From Zygnema circumcarinatum SAG 698-1b (taxonomy: Eukaryota; Plantae; Zygnematophyceae): 20,000 nt of DNA. The stretch lies in the NCBI GenBank assembly GCA_037447605.1, contig JBBHKD010000029.1:1-20000 (forward strand), written 5' to 3'. The notes under the pieces were generated by a model. It was not told the origin of the DNA, searched no databases, and worked only from the letters and a program-made list of their open reading frames with translations. The translations under genes were made by a program, and so were the position numbers. This document shows positions 11,416 to 20,000 of the stretch, in pieces (within the stretch, counting starts at the first letter, position 1; each line of letters starts with the position of its first letter).

Positions 11416-11776
11416 GTGAGCAATGGGGATGGTCTTCCTTTTAGGGTTGCTGCTGCTTTCAGGGTTGTTACTACTTTTTTTGTTGCTGGCCTTTTTGCAC
11501 TTTCTGCTTTTAGTGCTCCTTTCTCTGCTTTTGCTGCTGCTGCTCCTATTTCAGCTGCTTTTGCTATTGTTGAGAAAACACTGCTACAGCTGTTGTTGCT
11601 GCTGCTGCTGTGTTTTCTCCTGCTGCTGCTTCTTTTTTTGCTTTTGTTGTGTTGCTGCTGTTGGTGCTGCTGTTGCTGTGGGCGGATTGGAGGTGGAGGC
11701 GGAGAGTAAGAAGGAGGAAGGGGGCTTCATTAACGGGGTGAGGCGGACGTCGCCTGTTTTGAGGTTGTTATTTCAG
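11416..11776 (+). other. Spliceosomal intron (361 bp, GTGAGC...TTTCAG) with T/CTG-rich low complexity
   Basis: Splicing joins NHPFFQ to CEEVLNFARAARIE in frame. Confidence 0.65.
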
Positions 11777-12212
11777 TGAAGAAGTTCTCAATTTTGCGAG
11801 AGCGGCCAGGATCGAGGGGGGGAGGAAGAAGGAGGCCTTTGACAGGATCCAAGCTAAGACAACACAATCTCAGTCATGGACTCGAACTATGGTGAGTAAA
11901 ACCATGCTGCATCACTCTCATCACTCTCATCTCTCTAGTGTATCAAACAAAAATTACGAATATCCTCATATACTTGATCTACTTTTTCACACTGGTGTAC
12001 GTTTCAGTATCAACTTTTTGTTGATTATAGACAGAAGCAATATTTCTTGAGGAGCAATGAACACAGACACAAGTGGGACGACAAAGCGGGGTGATGGCAT
12101 GGACCAAAGGTGGAGCTAGGAAGCGGTGACCAGAGAATACTGCAAGCGGCATGCAGGAAAGGACGAATAATGTGGCTGAAGGCAGGGGGAGCCAAGACAT
12201 GCTGGGAAGCGG

Positions 12213-12527
12213 GAGCAAGCATGGACGAGAAGAAAGCGGTTGGGGCCAAGAGGTCAAGAGGCGGGGGAGCAACATGGGCCGAAGGAAAAGCGGTTGGGGC
12301 CAAAGGCGGTCGAGGAGAGGCAGGGGAGCAAGCATGGGCGAGGAAAAGCGGTTGGGGCCAAGGCAGTCAAAGAGGCAGGGGAGCAAGCATGGACGAGGAA
12401 AGAAACGGTTGGGCCCAAGGCAGTCAGAGAGGCAGGCCAGGAATGGGGCCAGGAATGGGGCCAGGAATGGGGCCAAGCATAGAGCCAGGCATGGGGCCAG
12501 CCATGGGGCCAGGCATGGGGCCAGGGG
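12213..12527 (+). repeat. Coding minisatellites: four ~57-bp units, then about eight 12-bp CCAGG(A/C)ATGGGG units (PGMG)
   Basis: Repeated AGCAAGCATGG..AAGCGGTTGGGGCCAA..GAGGCAGG; the 12-mer run spans 12437-12527. Confidence 0.9.
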
Positions 12528-12574
12528 CTGAAGACGATCAGGGACTTAGAGTGCATGTTGGGAAACAGTTAGAT

Positions 12575-12900
12575 AGATATTTAGTCAGCATGCACACAGA
12601 TGTACTTAGCTTGTGGAAGGAGTTCTGGTTAATGGGCGAGAAGGAAAAAAGCCCATCATCGAATTGATGGCATTTTTGGTGTGTAGCGTTGAATGCAGGT
12701 GGTGGACGACAAGAAGGAGAAAATAATCGGGAAAAATGCTTGGTGGAATCAGATATATCCTATTGTCATAGAAATTATATGGAGGATGGATGAGGGTGGT
12801 GAAGACGAGAAAACGGCAGTGGCGAATATCTCTTCAATGATGAAGGCTGTCAGTCCAAAAACCATTGATGGGTTGGTCCGGGCTTTAAAAGGGTGGGATG
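12575..12900 (+). pseudogene. GCR1_C-like DNA-binding domain, frameshifted
   Basis: RYLVSMHTDVLSLWKEFW, then KPIIELM..RWW, then AWWNQIYPIVIEIIWRMDEGGEDEKTAVANI..TIDGLVRAL. Confidence 0.65.
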
Positions 12901-13378
12901 TTGTTAAAAGGGGGAACAGTGGACATGCTCGTGAAGCATTGGGATTGTTGGGAAAAGAACCTGTTGAGCAAAAGACTTTTGGAGAACGTAAGAATACAAA
13001 GAATGATGTGTGGCTATAGTATAGCAGAGAAAAGGAAAAGGAAATAAAAGTAAAATAGAATGTCCAACTACATGCGGTAGAGATTTGCAGCGCTTCTTGG
13101 AGAAGGCCGCCATTGTTAAAGTAAGCTTCTTTGCCCACTTTTCTCCCCATGCATTTTATATTTTTCTTTTTCTTCATCAACTTGGTGATTGTTCTTCTTC
13201 TCCCTTCCTCCCTGCAACTTGCATCCCTTCATACCTCCCTGACATGAAAAAATCGGCTTTTAGGGTTTGTTAGGGTTCTTTTCTATCTCAATCCGTGTTC
13301 AGTTTCATGAAGTCATATTGCTTGACTTTAAAACAAGCTTATATTTGGTTTGGTTTATCTTCGCAAATGTGGTCGCAG

Positions 13379-13549
13379 GCCCTGGACGGACTGCACTTGG
13401 AATGAGAACGATCGTTGGAATCACAATTGCTCGGCTCGTTCTGCTGCCCCTCGTGGTAGCCGGCGGCTTGGGACTCGTCCCTCCACAAGACCCCATGCTG
13501 CGTTTTGTTCTTCTCCTCCAGTTTGCGTGTCCGACCGCCATCAATCTTG
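13379..13549 (+). CDS. PILS: PIN-LIKES auxin carrier, penultimate exon
   Basis: CAG| acceptor and |GT donor; GPGRTALGMRTIVGITIARLVLLP..LGLVPPQDPMLRFVLLLQFACPTAINL. Confidence 0.88.
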
Positions 13550-13731
13550 GTTTGTGGCCGTGCCTAACCTGCATTTAAAACAAGGGAAATTTGCATTTAG
13601 ATTTTTTTGAGTTGACGCACGATTTACTTAATCATTCGTTCACTATTCGCAATGCATGGATTCACTGAGACGATGATATCAAAGCGCACGCAGGGGATGG
13701 AGTTAATGGATGCGTTTGCTAGGAAATACAG

Positions 13732-13856
13732 GAACTATGGCGCAGCTTCACGGTGTGGGGGCTAGTGAAGCTTCTGCAGTAATGTTTTGGGGATATCTCT
13801 TGTGTGGCTTTCCGCTAATTGCCTTCATGGTGATCTGCTTCGCTCTCTTCTTCTGA
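13732..13856 (+). CDS. PILS: PIN-LIKES auxin carrier, last exon
   Basis: CAG| acceptor, phase-compatible with the previous exon; (G)TMAQLHGVGASEASAVMFWGYLLCGFPLIAFMVICFALFF-stop. Confidence 0.88.
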
Positions 13857-14051
13857 TGCTGTGAATGAGGTAAGCAGGCCTTTCTACCCCCTTAATCAGA
13901 GACAGACTATCTCACATTAAACCGTAAAGGGAACAAGATCTTCTAGGTGTTGTGGCTTAGGCCCGCCAATGGCCAGGCATGTGTTTAGTTTGTCCTGGAA
14001 ATTTGGNNNNNNNNNNCAAGCTCCGTGGAGTTTTCTCCAACAGCAAAACAC

Positions 14052-14326
14052 CTGCCGTACATCCCCGTACACGACATCGCAATTGCTGCCTCCCGACTCA
14101 ATCTGTACGGCGGCCGACAAAGGGACGGGGAGGGGAGGGAGAGAGGCAGGAGAGGAGAGCCGACCCCAGGACGCTGTCGGGCGGTCTGCCATCCCCCCAA
14201 GACATGAGCGTCGGCTGGCAGCGCTGGTGCGCGCATTCCGCTAAAAATTGGGGGAAATTATTCCACTCACCGTCTCTCTAACGCGTCGCTCCACTTGTCG
14301 AGCAAGCGGAAGGTCGGAGTCGTCAT
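14052..14326 (-). CDS. Possible first two exons of an unidentified gene (14326-14271, 14102-14052)
   Basis: TATAAAA at 14376-14370, ATG at 14326, GTGAGT donor, and a polypyrimidine tract + CAG acceptor; no recognisable product. Confidence 0.3.
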
Positions 14327-14853
14327 GCAAGTGTGCGTAATTTTAATACAAACGACTGAATGTTTTCCCTTTTATACTCTTGTGCGGGCGTGCGTGGCCG
14401 TGCCAGACGACGATTCGGAGCAGTTGCAGTACTGCATCGTACTCAGTACGGGACGGTGACGCTGGGGGAGAACTTTGTAGAGCAGTGCTACTACGGGAAG
14501 GGGGCCCTCTTCTAGCACTTTGCGGTTCTTAGGCACTTCCAAAATAAGAGCATTCTAAAAACCTGCAAGTATCAAATTCGTGTATCGTGAATGGGCAGTT
14601 ACGTAAATCTGAAATTAGAATTGGACACCCCGGAGGTGGGCAAGGCCCTAGCTGAACTGAGGGTTGAATTGTGCCTCCACTAGTGAGAAATGGCCGACTC
14701 TGTAAATAAAGGATGGGTTAGGATGAAAGGCCATGTGAAAACTCAAGACATATCTTTGGGGTGGATTTGTGAAATTTCAAGCGCTTGGAAACAGCAGTCC
14801 GAGGAGGAAGCCTTGAAGAGAAGGATAGAGAGAGGAGCCAGGATGGAAAGGTT

Positions 14854-15272
14854 GGAGAGGGAGGAGGGAGGGAGGGAGGGAGGGAGGGAGGGAGGGAGGA
14901 AAGGAGGGAGGGAGGGGAAGGAGGGAGGAGGGAGGAGGGAGGGAGGGAGGGAGGGAGGGAGGGAGGGAGGAGGGAGGAGGGAGGGAGGAGGGAGAGGGAG
15001 GGAGGAGGGAGGGAGGGAGGGAGGAGGGAGGGAGGGAGGGAGGGAGGAGGGAGGGAGGAGGAGGGAGGGAGGGAGGGAGGGAGGGAGGAGAGGGAGGGAG
15101 GGAGGGAGGGAGGGAGGGAGGGAGGGAGGGAGGGAGGGAGGGAGGGAGGGAGGGAGGGAGGGAGGGAGGGAGGGAGGGAGGGAGGGAGGGAGGGAGGGAG
15201 GGAGGGAGGAGGAGGGAGGGAGGGAGGGAGGGAGGGAGGGAGGGAGGGAGGGAGGGAGGGAGGGAGGGAGAG
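14854..15272 (+). repeat. (GGAG)n microsatellite, ~420 bp
   Basis: Purine-only GGGA/GGA tract. Confidence 0.97.
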
Positions 15273-15445
15273 TGAAGTTCAGAGGGCCCACCCATGGAGA
15301 CAACTTAGGGCGTGCTCGGCCTTACACTCCCATCGTGGGCCAAGTGGCCAAGATATTGACCACCTAGGACTGGGAAGGGTTCCCTGGAATTGAACCTTGC
15401 GAAGGTTGCAAGGGTTCGATGCGGCGCGGTATACTGAGACATATA

Positions 15446-15938
15446 TGTATCGCGTCGCCGATGTGGTCGAGGGATCACGGAATCCCGACCCACATCTCCT
15501 TATGTTTTGGAGTGACCGCTGTCTGGCACATTACGGGTTACTGCTGTATGCATGGGCTACTAGTTCACTGTGTGCGTGTGGGAAGGACCCGGCCCATGAC
15601 GACGGGACACCGGCCGCGTCGCGCGCGGCGCGCGCGCGGATGCGGGGCATCGCACGCCTACACCCTCTGACCCATCCCAGTCAGACACGTGGCGGTCTGC
15701 CATTGGACAGCCCTGCTTCCAATCCTCCATGCTGGTAGGAGGTTCAACGGGGGAAGCGTAAAGGGGCGAGGGTGACTGTCGTCACCCAACCAACGTACCG
15801 GCATTCGGTTGCACCCCTGCCCGGGGCTGCGCCACCCTCTGAAGCTCTCTCTCTCTCTCTCTCTGCCCTCTCTCGCTGAACTCGGAGTGCTGGTGTGTGA
15901 TTCCGCGCAGACTGAAGAGGCGGTTTTCAGTTGTTACA
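15446..15938 (+). repeat. Gypsy 5' LTR (3' end exact, start tentative)
   Basis: Ends TTACA directly before the PBS; TGTA at 15446 would give TGTA/TACA termini. Confidence 0.6.
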
Positions 15939-15939
15939 T

Positions 15940-15951
15940 TGGTATCAGAGC
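15940..15951 (+). other. Primer-binding site for tRNA-iMet
   Basis: TGGTATCAGAGC starting 2 nt after the LTR-terminal CA. Confidence 0.92.
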
Positions 15952-16312
15952 CGCGTTGCGGCCTTCTCTTTGACAGAGAACCTGCGGGTCATNNNNNNNN
16001 NNNNNNNNNNNNNNNNNNNNNNNNNNNNNGTAATGATGTCTTGGTGAATTGTGCCACGAATGCCATGCATGTCATGCGGGACACATCCCATATCCTTGGG
16101 CTGCATGTGCTGATTCCTCAGCACTTGGCAGTTCGCACTTTTCCCAACGCCAACTGGCGGTTGGTGAAACAGTTGAGGAAAGGGCACAAGTTGGTGGAAG
16201 GATCCACCAGTTCGCTGGTTGGATCCCCCTACACCTTGGTGTGGAGGACAGCTCGTCCTCAACCTTCGCATATAGTGCGATCTATGTTCCACCTTGCCCA
16301 TCGTGCCATGAC

Positions 16313-16898
16313 CTTCATCGGGTCAGCCAATGGCCACCCAGCAGTTCTACTGCTAGATACTGGGGCAGATGCTAACTTTGTTAGTTCTGCGTTCACCCAG
16401 AGATTTGGGTTGACCACAGATCCCCATTCAGAAAGTGTTACTTTCGGGGATGGACGCAAGGGCCAGATCTCTGGTAGCGTCACACTCAAGATCAAGCTCC
16501 AATCCTACTCCGGGGCAGTCAAGTGTCTTCTAACACAACTGGCCCCTGGTACTGANNNNNNNNNNAAGGGCTGGATAGAACCCAGTCAGAGCCCCTTTGG
16601 GGCGCCCATCTTGTTTGTTGGGAAGAAAGATGGTTCGTTGAGGATGTGCATTGATTATCGCGCACTCAACAAGATCACTGTAAAGAATCGATTTGCTTTA
16701 CCACGTATCGATGATCTGTTGGATCGTCTTCACGGCGCCAAAGTGTTCACATCACTTGATCTTGCTCAGGGGTATCATCAGATCCGCGTCACGGAAGCTG
16801 ATGTGCCAAAAACTGCGTTCCGGACGCCGATTGGTCATTTCCAATATAAGGTGTTGCCCTTTGGATTGACTAATGTCTTGCAACTTTCCAGGCTGTGA
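16313..16898 (+). CDS. Gypsy protease and RT N-terminal half (N gap between them)
   Basis: LLDTGA; [52 protein letters not shown]. Confidence 0.95.
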
Positions 16899-17227
16899 GG
16901 AAGTTGACATGTTCACAGCATGGATGAGCTTGTTTTTGGTCTACCTCTATGACATCTTGTCTTTAGGAATATGGATTGAGAACATCTTGAACATGTTCGG
17001 AAAGCGTTCAGTAGCCGAGGAACACTAATTTTATGCCAAGAGGAAAGAAGTGTCACTTCATGCAGCGCGAGTTGTTTATTACAGCCTCATGATCAGGCTT
17101 CCGCCCTTGATCCTGCCAAGTTTCAGTGGGCACAAATTTGGTAAACACTCATTGATGACTTGCACTCAGTCCAGGTCTTTCTGCATTTGTGAGTCATCTC
17201 TGGAATTGATCCCAAGGGTTTAGTAAG

Positions 17228-17614
17228 TTGGTTACTCCTTTGACTAATTTGACACGTTCCGGTGTCCCCTTCACATGGACCCCTGAATGCCAGGACGCGT
17301 TCGAGGGTGTACGCCATGCACTGGTTACCGCACCCACTCTCCGTTTAGCGGACCCGTCCAAGCCTTATGAAGTGGTTTGTGATGCTTCGGGATTCGCCTT
17401 GGGTGCCGTCTTGTTTCAGGATGGCCAACCTTTGGCGTATGAAAGTCGCAAAATGAATCCCGCTGAGCGCAACTATTCTGCAACAGAACAGGAACTGCTT
17501 GCAGTGGTCCACGCCCTAAGGACATGGCGGTGCTATTTAGAGGGGGCGAAAGCGGTCATGCTGGTCACTGACTACTGCCTGCTGACGTTCCTCTGTCCAA
17601 CAGACCCTGCTTAG
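17228..17614 (+). pseudogene. Gypsy RNase H
   Basis: VVCDASGFALGAVLFQ, AYESRKM, NYSATEQELLAVVHAL. Confidence 0.93.
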
Positions 17615-17959
17615 GCGGCAGTGCACCCGTGGTTTGGAGTTCCTCTAAAGTTTGACTGCCAGTGGGTCTCACCGGCCCGGAAGGCCGAAATGTAGCAGAC
17701 CCACTGAGTAGGCAGCCTCGGCATCTTGCCTGGATGGTGCGCTCGTCGACTCGAGTGTTGGTGGAACGAGATGACAGAGGTGAGGGGCCGGCCAACCCCG
17801 AGTCTCCGTCTCCAGTATGCTTTGTCATAGATCCCTCCACCAGTGACGCAGTCAACCCTCCTGCTCTCTCTGATCTCAGACAGATGATTCAGGAGGGGTA
17901 TACTGGTGATCCTTTGTTCCTGGATGGCCAAGGTAATGGCTATAAGGACAAAGTGGTGT

Positions 17960-19970
17960 CTAAGGACGGATTCTGGTACCACGGCCAGCAGTTGGTCGTG
18001 CCCAAGGCCGGGACTGTACGGCAGCTCATTCTGGGTGAGCTACATGATCCTCCGTACCGAGGTCACATGGGAGTTGCCAAAACCCGTGAGGCACTGCTCC
18101 GAGAGTTCTGGTGGCCTGGACTCTCGAGGGATGTGAAAGCGTATGTACTCGCTTGTCCAACTTGTCAACGAAACAAACCCCTGCACTGGCAGGATCCCTG
18201 GCCAGCTGCAACCCCTCACACCTCCTTTTCGGAAATGGGACAGTGTGGGTATGGACTTGATCACAGATCTTCCTGTGACACCTCGGGGGCATGACTCCAT
18301 CCTCGTCTTTGTCGATCGGCTCAGCAAGATGGTGCATTTTGCACCAACTACTAAGACCGCTGGGGCCGACGAGATTGCACGGTTGTATGTTGACAAAGTT
18401 GTTAGTGTAAAGTAGTTAGGACTTGTTGTATACTGGGAAGTTGCCGACCATAGCCCAAGGAGTTGTGTGCTCAAAAGTGTCCACATTGTACGGAGGGGCG
18501 CTTAGGTTGGTCGCACAAGTCTTTAAGGGGTGTGCAAGCAGCGCGAACATCGATCTGGCAAAGCAAGGGCATTGCATAATGTTGTGGAGCCAATCAGTGG
18601 TACGTACTCTGAAGGCCAGGACCTTGGATGTATGGACATTGGTCGGTGGCGCGGCGCGGCGTGGCGGAGTCAGATGTGACGTGGCGCGACGCGACAAATC
18701 GAGAAGTGACGAGGCGCGAATCAGCGCGCGGAGCAGAACTGACGAGGTATCCGTCAGGGAACGTTCACTTGAGGACTTGCGAATCGGAAGACTGCCACGT
18801 GTTGGGGCTTAAGGAAAGCCTGTACGGCCTAGGTCGTGGTGTTGCAAAGGCTTACGGGGTTTGACATGACGCCAAGTATGGAGGAGTCAGTATCATATGG
18901 TGAAGGACTGATGGAGATAAGGCTGAGGCGGATCCCTACCAATGATGCTGCCGGAATCCCGTGAAGCCAGGAGGTATCGATGGTTGGCGGATATTAGGAT
19001 CGGATAAGGGTCTTGCAAGGCGTAGCATGTGCGGCCGTGACGTGACAATGTCACTATTGGCGCCATATTGTATTTAAGGGTTAGATTGTTTGGTAGAAGT
19101 TAACCTTCTCGTGACTCACATTCGGGAGTGAGGCTATCTTGCTTCGGTTAAAGAAGATAGTGGGAAGAGTTCAACTTGTAGTGGGTGGTTTATTCACGTA
19201 GCTTGAGTGGAGGTGCTTGAAGCTTGGCTCTAGTGTTGTCAAGTTGTATTTCATCTTTATCTTAAGGAGTTTTAGGCTGGTGGCTTTCTCCTTACATTTT
19301 CATATTTCCGCTGAGTTGTTCTCTTGCATTTAGTGTGCTTTGTGTGATTGAGCAATTCATTGAAGATGTCGAGTTCTACCCAAGGTAGAGGAGAAGTGGC
19401 CGCCCCACCAAGGGAGGGCGCTGCATCAACAAAAGTGTGGAGCCAGCATGGTCTTCAGTCAGAAATTGTTTCTGACCGTGATCCACGATTCACCGGCCAT
19501 TTTTGGACGGAAGTGCTCAAAATCGTTGGGACCAAGCAGGCGTTGAGTACAGCTTTCCACTGTAACCATGGCTAGACGATGGGCTAACAGGATCCTGGAG
19601 GATTACCTTTGGCATTACATGTGGGACCTACCCTGGAGCTAGGGGGATTAGCGCTCAGCTGCAGAAAGAGCTCATCAAATAATGCTTTTGAGGATTTGAT
19701 TCACCATCTCTTTCCCTTGACTTTGCTACATCCTCTAAATCCCCTGCAACCAAGGGATCAGCCCCCTGATCCGTGGAACATGGGCGTCCACAGAACCCCC
19801 GATCCTTGGAAGCTGAGAGGGACTGATGGGACTCAACCTCCCGCAGTCAGATCTTTTGTCCGGCGAATGTCTGAGGCGCTGCAGAGGGCACGGCAGACCC
19901 TGCTAGCGGCCCAGTCGCGACAAAAGGCCTATGCTGACCGTCACCGTACCCAACTCACCTTCAATGAGGC
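17960..19970 (+). pseudogene. Gypsy integrase, split by a solo LTR
   Basis: H..GHMG..WWPG..CPTCQRNK zinc finger; MDLITDLP, VDRLSKMVHF; VDKV|WSQHGL..IVSDRDPRFT; QSRQKAYADR. Confidence 0.93.
18400..19431. mobile_element. Solo LTR (1032 bp) with 5-bp TSD AAAGT
   Basis: TGTT...AACA termini; AAAGT at 18395-18399 and 19432-19436; removing it restores GAC AAA GTG TGG AGC (DKVWS). Confidence 0.95.
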
Positions 19971-20000
19971 GTGTGGGACGAGGTGTTGCCGAGACGCGAC

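Larger units (their letters stand above)
8236..13019 (+). pseudogene. Crypton-like (CryptonF/Ndc10-II type) tyrosine recombinase-GCR1_C gene, multi-exon and inactivated
   Basis: Inferred exons 8236-8444, 9640-~10020, 10385-10810, 10912-11210+, 11270-11415, 11777-11891 and 12031-13019. Collinear motifs: RPK..IIKQFVAKC, DPKRGTLG, GKELPGG, YLFHRF..EEPPPDL..W|Y, HIFR, AGRW, NYLP..RVLAGF, GFVDML..HDA..HPFF, SLWKEFW. Several stops and frameshifts. Confidence 0.8.
15446..19971 (+). mobile_element. Ty3/gypsy LTR retrotransposon, decayed; 3' end not seen
   Basis: LTR end, PBS, then PR-RT-RH-INT order. Confidence 0.95.

Noticed and set aside
11344-11779. Poly-L/C ORFs and an antisense Q/K/A-rich frame
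   Set aside because: Better explained as low-complexity intron sequence (11416-11776) whose removal restores Crypton homology
12213-12436. CRISPR-like periodic repeats
   Set aside because: The units are contiguous, with no unique spacers, no cas genes and a eukaryotic context
13259-13275. TTTAGGG-like telomeric units
   Set aside because: Only two imperfect copies in intron-like DNA; at most a telo-box
14690-15393. Gly/Glu/Arg-rich and Pro/Ser/Leu-rich ORFs
   Set aside because: They are translations of the GGAG microsatellite
16049-16120. Gag zinc knuckle (CHEC..GH..C)
   Set aside because: The spacing does not fit CX2CX4HX4C; suggestive only

Overview
TE-dense eukaryotic window, most likely from a green plant (streptophyte): it has GT-AG introns, PILS auxin-carrier exons and Ty1/Ty3 elements. 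It is fragmented by seven N gaps. From left to right: an LTR-like tail (1-518); a decayed Ty3/gypsy RT-RNaseH fragment (~528-1186) cut by a minus-strand Ty1/copia element (3' LTR 1187-2139, pol to ~6033); two tandem copies of a ~1.62-kb unit (promoter-like region, two exons, (TTCTGCA)n heptamer satellite); and a multi-exon, pseudogenised Crypton-like gene (~8236-13019). That gene has a tyrosine-recombinase/Ndc10-II-like domain (HIFR...GRW...NYL) and a C-terminal GCR1_C-like domain, and its 5' introns carry the satellite. Next come the last exons of a PILS gene (13379-13856), a possible minus-strand gene start, and a (GGAG)n tract. The window ends with a Ty3/gypsy element (LTR, PBS-Met, PR-RT-RH-INT) whose integrase is split by a 1032-bp solo LTR with a perfect AAAGT target-site duplication. 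The Crypton-like element in a plant context is the most notable observation. All protein-family calls come from motif recognition by eye, not from database searches.
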